Source: Schmidtea polychroa (lineage: Eukaryota). From it: DNA of 64,000 nt. A program made the translations under genes and the position numbers. The notes beneath the pieces are model-generated. The model saw nothing but the letters and a program-made list of their open reading frames with translations. It did no database searches and was not told the DNA's origin. Positions 53,734 through 64,000 of the stretch are shown here, one piece after another (position 1 is the first letter of the stretch; each line of letters starts with the position of its first letter). The stretch spans positions 37,016,001-37,080,000 of the forward strand of contig CM097885.1 in the NCBI GenBank assembly GCA_044892525.1. Direction: 5' to 3'.

Positions 53734-54198
53734 ATGCTTTCAAATATAAATAACAGAGCAAAAGCTGATGTATCAAAAATGGTATTTCCAATGGGGAAAC
53801 CACAACAACTTATCAATAGAAGTAAAAAATATCCCATAATATATTTCAAAACTGGTAAATGTAGAATTATGGGGTGTAAGGAAATAATCAAAGCTAGTGA
53901 ATATAATGTTTATGATTTAAAAATACAATCGATAACCGTAACTTCCTATATGGGTTTTTCTTGTAATTTAAATGAATTGGCTAAATTAATACCATGTGTT
54001 TACGAACCAGAATTATTTCCAGCTTTGAGATATATAAAATATAACCCTATGTGTGTAAATGTATTCGCTAGTGGTAAGATAGTAATTCTTGGAATAAAAA
54101 ATATTGATTACAAATGTATAGTTGATAATATCATATCTGAAATTAAATCAATAATTGAAGGAAAAGAATTTTTAAATTTTTTATTATCACTAAATTAA
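53734..54198 (+). CDS. Divergent TATA-binding-protein-like protein, 154 aa
   Basis: YEPELFPALRY...VNVFASGKIVILGIK matches TBP repeat 2 (YEPELFPGLIY...IFVSGKVVLTGAK); IYFKTGKCRIMGCK matches repeat 1. Confidence 0.85.
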   Translation: MLSNINNRAKADVSKMVFPMGKPQQLINRSKKYPIIYFKTGKCRIMGCKEIIKASEYNVYDLKIQSITVTSYMGFSCNLNELAKLIPCVYEPELFPALRYIKYNPMCVNVFASGKIVILGIKNIDYKCIVDNIISEIKSIIEGKEFLNFLLSLN

Positions 54199-54333
54199 TA
54201 ATTTTAAAAAAAAAATCATGTGATTGCAAATTCGATGCAACTGAAATGCATGATTCTGATTGGTCGAAATCTAATTGGCTGATGATGATTATTTATAACA
54301 AAATGTTTTGGGTTTAGTTATCATTTTTAAACC

Positions 54334-54751
54334 ATGTATAATATTCAAAGTTCAGCTATAGCTGCCATGAAAGAACATGAACATTATGGTAAATTTAAAT
54401 TTTTTAATATTAATTGTATTTATCATATTATTATTATTTACAGATGAATATCATGCAATAATACTGGAAAGATTGTATTTTTATTACCCGCAATTGTATG
54501 ATATTCTCAAAGATCGAGATGTTGCAATAATCCCAGATTTAATTTACAATGAAACCAGAATCTGGATTTTCGATATTATCAATACATTTCTCTGGGATGT
54601 GAAGATTGGAAGAACAATGAAGGAAGTGGAAGCAGAATACCCTTGCATTTTGGGATGTAGCTGTTGCAATTTCCGCTACCAGAGATATGTCGAATGGTCT
54701 TTGGTAAAGACACTTCGTAATTATCATTTTTGTCAAATTTTATCCAAATAA
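54334..54751 (+). CDS. Uncharacterised two-exon protein (54334-54388 + 54444-54751) with a CILGCSCC motif
   Basis: ACCATG start; a 55-nt GT-AG phase-1 intron joins MYNIQSSAIAAMKEHEHY to DEYHAIILERL in frame. Confidence 0.65.
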
Positions 54752-54819
54752 ATTTTTATGTTTAACTATTTGTTGTTTTATTTTTTTTTTTAGAAAATAG
54801 TAATAGAAATATAAATAAG

Positions 54820-54896
<77 letters not shown>

Positions 54897-55084
54897 TAAT
54901 GAAATTAGTTTGAAAGTAATAAAAGCAATAAAAATAATAATATGACACATATAACATATGACAATGCAACATCAATGCATTTTGAATGTAATTAAAACAA
55001 AGACATACTGCAATTTGATTGGTTTATAAACAATAGTCATATGTATAAAAACCCAGTACCATTACAATTCAATCATAATTCACG

Positions 55085-55507
55085 ATGACCAAGAAAATAT
55101 CAAGCACAGAAAAACCAAAGGTTGTTGTTGCAGAACTTGTACAACCTGTTCAAATGTTCCACGACTACAAAATGTATTTTTTAAAAGAAGAAATCAATAT
55201 GAAATTGGTGTCACCGATCAAGCTAATTTCTACTCAATTTCAATTCTTATCCGGCACACTTTCAATGATAGATGTTAAATCTATTGATGAGGTTTTCAAA
55301 CGGTTGGATGCGAATCTATCATGTAATCAACATGCATGGTTCAACAACCGATATGCAAGATTTTATGATTCCTTTGATGAAATCAGCTTTAAAGAAAACG
55401 AAAATTGGTATATAACAATAGCAATCCAGGGATATAAAGTTGATAATAATGATGTGTATTCTCCAATTTGGAAAATTATGTCTGCTAGACTTTCACAGCT
55501 ATTTTAA
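55085..55507 (+). CDS. Uncharacterised 140-aa protein, possibly an OB-fold ssDNA-binding protein
   Basis: Clean ORF with ATTGG and TATAAAA upstream; beta-strand-like C-terminus WYITIAIQGYKV...SPIWKIMSARL. Function is inference only. Confidence 0.6.
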   Translation: MTKKISSTEKPKVVVAELVQPVQMFHDYKMYFLKEEINMKLVSPIKLISTQFQFLSGTLSMIDVKSIDEVFKRLDANLSCNQHAWFNNRYARFYDSFDEISFKENENWYITIAIQGYKVDNNDVYSPIWKIMSARLSQLF

Positions 55508-55665
55508 TAAATGTTGCTATATTTATTGTTTTTAATAAATGTATTTTGTCCTATTTGTTTTTCATTTACTTAACCAGGAAATTGCAATATCAATGCAAAA
55601 TACATGCAAACTTTAAAAAAGACATTCTATAAACAAACTTACATTATAGTTTTAAAGTGTTAATA

Positions 55666-56087
55666 ATGACGTTAGAAAAAGGTTAATATGGTTAGTTAAT
55701 GATCGAATTATTTATTGTTTAGAACATTTAATCAACTTTTTGTTGGCAAAATTAGCAGAAATATCTGGTGTAAAAATGGAGGATATATTATCTGTTTCAA
55801 ATGCATTAAATATAGACTGGGTAGCCGAGAGTGAAGATTCAAGATTTGATGAAACTGATGAGGAAATAACAGAACAAATTAATGAAGGAAACACACAAGA
55901 AGATGACGAGGAAATCATTCAAGAAATTGATGAACCTATTGATGAACCTAAGGAGGAATTTACGGATTATATAACTGAAAATATTAAGTATACCGAACCG
56001 CGTGTATATAACGATTGTATAGATCATATCGTTGAAAATGTTATGAAATGCGGAGATGATGAATGTGAATGTGTTAATAAATTTTAG
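55666..56087 (+). CDS. Uncharacterised acidic two-exon protein (55666-55681 + 55723-56087)
   Basis: A 41-nt GT-AG intron joins MTLEK to EHLINFLLAKLAE in frame and supplies the ATG missing from the track ORF. D/E-rich middle, Cys-containing tail. Confidence 0.6.
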
Positions 56088-56129
56088 TTTGAGTGTATAT
56101 TTAAAGTATAATATTTATAAATAACAACA

Positions 56130-56315
56130 TTAACTTTTATTTAAATATTTAAACATTACATATATTACAACAACTCCCAAGGCTAATCGCATATAACTTT
56201 TGACTTTTGCTTTGGCTTGCTCTATTTCTTGTGCGTTCTGGCCAAGTTCGACTAGTGTGTGCCATCCACCATTGGCATCGATCCATGGCGAAAACTTGGA
56301 TTTGACTATCTACAA

Positions 56316-56405
<90 letters not shown>

Positions 56406-56709
56406 TTACTTCTTGAGACCACAGATAATAATGGTCAACATCGTATAGACCTTTTTCTATAATAATCTTCATATAGGTAAAACCTATGATTATTCTGGTC
56501 CACTTCATTTGGTCGTCGAATAGACAATCGAAAATCCTATTGAAATAAAATTTCTTCGTCTCCAGGCATTCTATATCAAGCATGGTTTGGTAGTCGACAT
56601 GGTTTCCCTCAATGATTTTCTCAGTTTGTTTAACTAGGAAACTGAGGCTTTGTGCGATATTCTCATTAACCAAATATTTTCTGCAAAATTTGATTTTGAC
56701 ATTGTACAT
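56130..56709 (-). CDS. BCL-2-family protein, 159 aa, two exons (56709-56410, 56309-56130)
   Basis: BH1-like LFDDQMKWTRIIIGFTY in exon 1. A 100-nt phase-0 GT-AG intron is filled with (TTA)n. Exon 2 has BH2 PWIDANGGW and a hydrophobic tail LALGVVVIYVMF followed by KYLNKS*. Confidence 0.88.
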
Positions 56710-56729
56710 TAATTTTAAATATTCTGTTT

Positions 56730-56765
56730 TATTTATACTAATACTGGTTATGATTCTGATTGGTT
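56730..56765 (-). promoter_or_regulatory. Putative CCAAT + TATA promoter of the BCL-2-like gene
   Basis: Minus strand AACCAATCAG (56765-56756) and TATAAATA (56737-56730), just upstream of the ATG at 56709. Confidence 0.5.
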
Positions 56766-56803
56766 AATATAGTTATATGTAAAACATAAGAGATTTGATT
56801 TGA

Positions 56804-57417
56804 TATTTATTGCTCCTTATCAATGCTTTCATATACAGACACACATAGATTATCTGACCAAAATAAAACAAATATATATATATATATAGTTTTCATAAAT
56901 TTTAATCAAATTACATGTATTTTCTTAAAAAATTTTGATTTTACCCTTATTTATTGCCCTTTACACACATTCACTTTAGATCTCGCTTAGAAATATTTTT
57001 CTATCCTTAAGGTGTGTAATACAAAGACATATGCAATACAAGTGCATGAGTAACAAAGACATTTGCAATGCAAATGCACGAGTAACAAAGACATTTGCAA
57101 ACGTAGTATTAAAACGTGTTTTGACTTTGAAAATGTTCTATAAAGTAATTCGTTAAATGGACTTAGAAAATTTTTAATTTTTGACCTTGATTTGACCTTA
57201 AAATTATGGGTAGGGGGTAGGGGGGTTGACCTTAAAATTTTCTATGACCTTAAAAATAGGGGTAGGGGGTAGGGGGTTGACCTTAAAATTTTCTATGACC
57301 TTAAAATTTTCTATGACCTTAATAATAGGGGTAGCGGGTAGGGGGTTGACCTTAAAATTTTCTATGACCTTAATTTGACCTTAACGATGAGTCATCGTGG
57401 GCTCACTTCTACCTACT
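56804..57417 (-). repeat. Right terminal inverted repeat (~614 bp)
   Basis: Reverse complement of the left TIR with a shorter AGGTCA array. Confidence 0.95.
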
Positions 57418-57423
57418 TTTGTA

Positions 57424-57590
57424 ATAGAAATGGTCAATATACTATTTATTTTTAATTATAATAAATTTTATTTTTATGTTAATTTCCTTCTTAACATTGG
57501 TATTTCATACATTCAAGCATACATTGAAGTCAGGTCATTTGACCCGCTATGCTAGAAATATGTATCTAAAAAGTGTTGGTATGATTAGTG
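57424..57590 (+). mobile_element. Probable 3' end of the piggyBac interrupted by the Maverick
   Basis: Subterminal GGTCATTTGACCCG and terminus ...ATTAGTG followed by TTAA (57591-57594). Confidence 0.65.
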
Positions 57591-58509
57591 TTAACACTTT
57601 CAAAGTGTTAATCACTTTCAACCAGTAATGATTTTAAGAAATAATTTTAGAAAAAAGTTTCAAGAATACCAAGTGATGCCAACTTGAATAAAAAAGGCAT
57701 TATTATTTGAAGAGGCAGAACTCATATTTTGTTGACGACCCTGTGGACCACAGGCTGTGGTGATTTAAAAATAAAATTGTTCTATGTCTCTATTCGGATT
57801 TTGAATTTTATATTTAAATTTTGTTAACAATAATTCGGTACAATTTAAAATCCTTAATTACCTTTTTGTTTAATTTACACTGTAGATATGCGTTTAAAAC
57901 AAACACAATAATTCTTTTATAATTTAACATAAAAAATATACAAAACACATTTTTTAAGTTTATTTTAAAGTTTTTTAATTAATTTCATTTTTTTGGTGTA
58001 AAAAACAGCCCATGGATAATCACCACAGACCCCCTTGAGTGATTAATGTTTTTAATGCCCAAAATAGAATTTGAAAGCATTTTTTGAATGTTTTATTAAA
58101 AATATACATTTTTAATTATGTACGAAATTTACTGTTCAATTATATTATATTTGTAAATCGTATTTGTTAATTACATTTTAAATTGATAATAATATTCTAG
58201 TCTTGAAATATTTAAAATTTATAATAAGAATTTTAATAAGTTAAATAAATTTGCTTTCAGAGCAAAATATTTTTATTCAACATAATAGAATATTTAATTG
58301 TGGTGATAAGTTATTTTTAAAAGTTGCCAGAATTTTACATTGCAAAGTTTCAATCTTGATACCTACATTTCCGATGAACTTAATGCCAAATATCAATATT
58401 CAAACTCTTATTCTTAGAGATTGGAAACAACAAGATCATTATGCTGTTTCACGTATTGGTAAAGATCGTTAATATAGCACACAAGAATTCTTCAAAAATC
58501 CTTACCGAA

Positions 58510-59704
58510 AGTCATTATGTGATGTTTTGCTTGAATGTATGAATACGGATATTGAAATCCTTCCATATGGGTATACTATGGAGGTTGATATCGATATTCC
58601 AGAATGTGTGCATGATGTCTTGAATGATTTTCCGCTTGTGCCGGAAAAGTTGTGCCCGCCTAATTCAAAAATCCTGAAGCTTATGCATTGGCCGAAGAGG
58701 AACTATGTTCTTCATTGGAGGCTTCTCAAATGGTATATAGAATTAGGTGCGATTGTAAATATTCATAGATGTATTAAATTTAAGTAAGCATCTATATTTA
58801 AAGCATATATAGACACCAACACAACTTTAAGATCAGTCTACTGGCCAAATATATAGGGACTTGTTTAAATTATATAATAATAGCCTGTACGGTAAATCCG
58901 CAGAGAACCTCAAGAAACGAATGAATTTGAGGCAACGTAATTCATCTGAAAAGATTATAGTGTACGTCTCAGAAACCGACTTTCAGAAAATCAATAAGAA
59001 TTGACGGTGATCTGATAGCCGCTCATTTAGAAAAGGACTCTATGTTTAGACAGACCTAGTTACATATGTCAAACAGTACTAGATCTGTCTAAACTGCAGA
59101 TGTACCAGCTCCAAAATATTGAATTGGAGAAATACAGGCGTCAGTATAATTGCATAATAAATATTACAGCCGGTGATATCGATAGCTTCTTTCTAGAGAT
59201 TAAAAATCTCAAATTGGATCATAGTTAATTTATTAGACACATCTAAATATGATCCAACACACCCCTCATATTCTAGAAACCTTGACTCAGTCATCGGGAA
59301 GTTTAAAGATGAGAGCAGGGGATTTGGTTATTCAGAATGGGTTTTCTTACGCCCGAAATGTTAGTCTTTTAAGCCGTAAGGAATCAGTTAAAGCAAATGG
59401 GGTTAAATTACCTGGGACATCGATTAACCACCAAACATATCTAGATTGCTATAACACAAATCAGGTAATTTCTGTACCGCAGACTAGAATAGGTACTAGA
59501 AATCATCAATTATTTACTTTTAAAATCTCGAAAATTGTCCTATCAAATAATGACGATAAGCGCGTGTGGATAGGGAAAAATATAAGTTTTGCATTTGGTC
59601 ACTATTTAGGAGTTTATGACATTAGCGATGATGACGAAGATGAATTCGGTCCAGCTCCAAGTCCCAGTTTCGATGATAGCTCCTGTGATAAAGAAGATCA
59701 ATGA
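58510..59704 (+). pseudogene. Decayed pPolB C-terminal half from a second Maverick
   Basis: YGYTMEVD, DFPLVPEKLCPPNS, NYVLHWRLLK, NNSLYGK and IGTRNHQLFTF...NNDDKRVW, collinear with the intact pPolB but with stops and frameshifts. Confidence 0.92.
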
Positions 59705-60107
59705 AAACTTATATTGTGATAATTATAAAATCTTGTATTGTATAAAAATCTGGTGTATAAAAAACGTTGTGATATCAAAATTGTCAAAAAAATGTTGTAA
59801 AAAGCTGTGAAAAAAACAATGTACAAAATGTGTAAATATATAAGGTGAAACAACTCCAACCGTTCTAGTCTTAATTATTCTTTCAATCGAAAGAGGCGTC
59901 TGTTGTTTTCATAAAACCTCGAAAAAGAACTAAGAGTTTGCAATATCGGCTGTTAATAGAAAAACAAATTAACAACTTTCAAAATATTAGATGTTTGCAT
60001 TTATCATGCTTGATACAAAAATCAGGCAAGAAAATGTTTTGATATATATAATTTAACATGGTACGATCGTAACTTTTTTCCCTTTATTTTATTTGTTTTT
60101 TTAATTA

Positions 60108-60322
60108 CCGTATATGCTCGCATAAAAGTCGAGAAATTTTCGTCAAATTTTCAAGTCAAAATAGCCACTTCGACTTATACGCGGGTCAAAAAACTTACAA
60201 ATTAATTTTTATGAAATCATTAAACCTTTTTTTATTTTTGTTACTTCGACTTATACGGGGTTTCCAATTTAGGACTTAAAAACCTCTTAAAATTTACTGG
60301 ACTTATATTCGAGTATACACGC
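60108..60322. mobile_element. TA-flanked pogo/mariner-type MITE
   Basis: Imperfect TIRs CCGTATATGCTCGCATAAAAGTC / GACTTATATTCGAGTATACACGC; internal CGACTTATAC repeats. Confidence 0.7.
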
Positions 60323-62004
60323 TATGCATTATGTAATAAAATGTTATCAAATATATGAGGCAAAACGTAGATACACAAATTCAAAATTTTTTATTTAATG
60401 TAATTGTATATTTTTACAAGTCACAAGAACACAAGAACATAAGAACACATAAAAAATATAATTATATAAAAAAAATAATTATTTCAAAATTTTAGAATTT
60501 AAATTTAGTGAGCCGCACTTTACTTGACCTTCCATTGCTTTATACAATAGAGATAAAAAATATGAACTTAACTATAAAATATAAATAATAAATTCAGGAA
60601 TTATAAAAAAATAAGAATGATTAGGTATAGTAAATAGTTATAACATCTTTTATGGTAGCCCTATGAACCCAGGGTGTCAGAGCATCAGAAATCTTAGAAA
60701 TGAAGCTTCTATTTTGATGATAGCCACTCACTAGCAGCACAGAATCGACGTCACTTACGATGGGTACATATGTTTTTTAAGTAAGGGAAGTTCTTGAGTA
60801 ATAATTAGCTTTATCGTATATCAACATTTGCAAAGAAATCAATAAAGACGCGAAATATTAATAAATTTGAAATATTGTTCAAGTATAATTGATTATTAAA
60901 TACAAGGATTTAGATTATTAATTCCTTGCAGGAAATATATAGAAAATATTGAAATTTTGAACATTTATCTGGAATTAATAAATTATTTTGCTGTGTTATA
61001 TCGGGAATTTATTTTGACAGGAAGTTTTTTTTCTTAATCATTACAATAACTGTGGACAAAATTATTGGATTCAATAACATTTAAATTCTTTTCCATAATA
61101 ACTAAACTAAATGTAAAATTTATTTAATACAAAAGCCAAAATAATCTGCTGAATTACTAATTCACTATTGTAATAATATTTCTTTAAATGTTTTATTTCA
61201 GTCACAATATCATATTTCAAAATTTATTAAATAAAAGTTACGTCTTATATATTGTTTTATGTATGTTTTATTTAATAAATTATATGGATTCAAAACATTT
61301 CCAACATCAGGTTCCAGTTAATTCAACCGAATAACGATATTAACTTTGAACATCCATAGTAGAGATATTCCATGAAAAGGCTAATGTAAAAGAAGACGAC
61401 TAAACGGAATTACTAATGTGACTCATTAACATATCAATCAATTTCAGGATGCCAAAACATCGATGTCTCAATATCAGTTCAGGACTCAAATCTGGTCTAA
61501 TGATAAGACAAAACTTAGGGTCAAGAAACACAATTTCAATTAGCCAATTCAGCAATACTTATCAAAATCGAAAATCAAATCAAAGTATCACTCAGATATT
61601 TGCTCTTAAATTTATCGTGTTTTGGTATAATACAAGACAATTATTCTCAAATTTGTATGTCAAATTAGAAACTTTGAACCCATAAAAATGTTTAATTTTA
61701 TATGAAATAATGAACGCTATGTAAAAAACAGAAAACAAAGTTGTACAAAAACATTAAGAACCAATCACATACAGTGTTAAGCATTGGTCCTTGCTAAAAT
61801 ACATGGCATAATAATTAATATTAAGGTTTGTTCAACTCACATTTTATTTGCTTAAATATATATTTTAAATATATAAACAGCTATATTTTTGTACACATGG
61901 AGAATTTTTTTAAATTTTAATTTTTAACATAAGTGAAGAACAAAAAGATAAACTACCGATGCTAAATAGTTAAGCTAATTATTTAATGAACTAATGGTAA
62001 AATG

Positions 62005-62343
62005 TCAATTGTGATTTAAGTTTTGGTTATATTTATCACGTATATTTATTTCTAAATTGTTAACACATGAGGTTGAAACAGGTAAATACATGGGATTTTC
62101 TATAGTGATTTGTACAACTGCATATGGTCCACATTTTTCAACACATATTGATTTCAACCAAGTAACACTGGAATCACCAACAATTATGGGCTCAATAATA
62201 TTACTGCAAATGAACATTTGCCGGTGAAGTTTAATCATTTTTAGTTTTGCTAAACCCTCAAACTTTACTATTTTTGAAAAATTGTTTCTCTTGATAATCC
62301 CAATCTTTTTATCAAATTTGACATTACTGATATCAGGTTTCAA
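62005..62343 (-). pseudogene. Maverick minor capsid (penton) C-terminal fragment
   Basis: MFICSNIIEPIIVGD...ENPMYLPV...NLEINIRD matches the Polinton penton pattern. Confidence 0.75.
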
Positions 62344-63606
62344 TTCGAATTTAAAAAACTAATCTTTCTATATTCAACAAGTTCAACCCCCTAACTCCCC
62401 TATTGGTGTAGAAAACCACAGGGTTTTACCCTTCTTGTAGAAAATAACAGTTTTTTTTTGAAAATCACATTGAGGTGATATTTTAGGTATAGATTTAAAA
62501 ATATTTTTAAATAAGTAATATTTCAAAAAAGATTAATAAAAATAAATTAAAAACGATTGTATAAAAATTTTTTAAGAGAATTTTAAAAGCAATGAAATTA
62601 TTTATGAAATAATTTTCAAATATAATTTTACATACAAATTTGAATGAAATTATACAAATGATAAATTCGTTCAAAATTATTTATTATATTATATTAATTT
62701 TGAGATCAAAAAAAAGAATAAACCCAAGAAAAAGAACAAAGTAAGTTTTTATTTTAATTAGATAATTAAATTTTTAATTTTAATTTAGAAAGAACATCAT
62801 AAATTTAAAAAAAGAAGTTTCGCGTTCATGTTAAACTATTATGGCTGAGCTTGGGCTTGCACAGTGCTTGCCTAAAAATAATTACTAATTTTAGAAATAA
62901 TTACTAAGTTTAAAAAATAATATATAAAATAAATATATATTACTATAAATAGTATTTTAGTTCAAATAATAAGTATAATTAACATTTAAAATTATCAAAA
63001 ATAAATATTTAACTTAAAAAATTGTATATAAATAATCTTGAGTTTGTTAATTGAACAGAGGTTAAATTTAGTAAAGTTTAGTAAAACAATAATTAGAAAA
63101 TATTTTAACTTTGTAGTCCAAATTTTGTAAAGATCATATTTCGAATTCCTTAACAGCTATTGAGAAATTGAATACTCTTACAAAATTTCACATTGAGACA
63201 CACTACTATAAATTGAAATAACTTTATTTGTGGAGAGAGAAAAATCAACGATATGGGCAATATGTTTGGAGCGAATTTTTTTAAAGATTTTATTACATGG
63301 TAAATAGCGATATACGTTAATTTATACCTTTTAAATTTAAAATACAAATCAAGACATTAAAATATGGTAAACTTCGTCCAAATTTCATTATTATTACAAT
63401 TATTTAAGTGGATATATTGTTTATAATTTAATCCATTTCTTAATTTCTTTCTTACTTTTCTATACAATAGGTTTCTTACTACGTTTCGTACTATGTTTTT
63501 CTACTACGTTTGGATTTCTTATTATCTTTTTTAAAAACATTTGGAACAATTGAGTTTTTAATAATTACGTTTTTAAATGCCTTTAGTTTAATTACTTATT
63601 TCAATT

Positions 63607-63720
63607 TTATTTATAAATTGTAACACCATTTACTTTACAGAAACTGTTTTGAGTAAATCTAAGTTCTTCATATTCACCTCTATGCCAATAAAGTGTAATG
63701 AATTTTGATTTAACAGATCC
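63607..63720 (-). pseudogene. Maverick packaging ATPase fragment
   Basis: KSKFITLYWHRGEYEELRFTQNSFCKV aligns with KTKFNNIYWHKGADEEHGLTQSSFCQL of the ATPase at 52907-53542. Confidence 0.75.
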
Positions 63721-64000
63721 ACTGCGCACCCCGTAGCATATACGGCGATAGATATTCTCTAACCACGCTTTCGCCACACACCCTATGACGGGTGTTCGGA
63801 ACAATGATTTGACTGTTAAACTTTGTAACTTCGCTTCAAATGTTTATAAAACAATTCAGCGTGTCTTGACAAGTTTAAGACACACTTGGAAACAACGGGA
63901 ATGGAAATCCACCAGAAGTGACAATACAGAAATTAGAAAGAGGCGAAGTTATGAGCCAATAATCTGACAAAGGAATTTGTCTAACGAAATGGAGGGATCG

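Noticed and set aside
57750..58032. Inverted CTGTGGTGATT / AATCACCACAG pair
   Set aside because: Only 11 bp, with no TSD identified.
60640..61685. Coding-like patches between the second Maverick's PolB and penton relics
   Set aside because: Could be Maverick gene remnants, but I recognise no motif.

Overview
Very AT-rich eukaryotic genomic DNA made almost entirely of nested transposable elements and (AAT)n/(TA)n microsatellites. I recognise no intact host gene. A planarian/flatworm-like host is a guess from composition and short introns, not something the sequence proves. The first 43 kb holds Gypsy LTR retrotransposons (one a young 2.27-kb element with an in-frame gag-integrase fusion), Penelope-like fragments with hammerhead-like motifs, and hAT, MULE, pogo and piggyBac relics and MITEs. 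The main feature is a 14,308-bp Maverick/Polinton (43110-57417) with AG...CT ends, a 6-bp TSD (TTTGTA) and long TIRs, inserted in a piggyBac. It encodes an intact protein-primed PolB, adenain protease, a 5'-truncated major capsid protein and a packaging ATPase. No integrase or penton is present, apparently because of an internal deletion. Its right arm carries unusual cargo: a TBP-like gene and a spliced BCL-2-family gene (BH1, BH2, C-terminal membrane anchor) that the ORF track only half shows. At least five of its genes appear to contain short spliceosomal introns. Relics of a second, decayed Maverick (PolB, penton, ATPase) follow at 58.5-63.7 kb. All assignments come from motif reading by eye; no searches were run.
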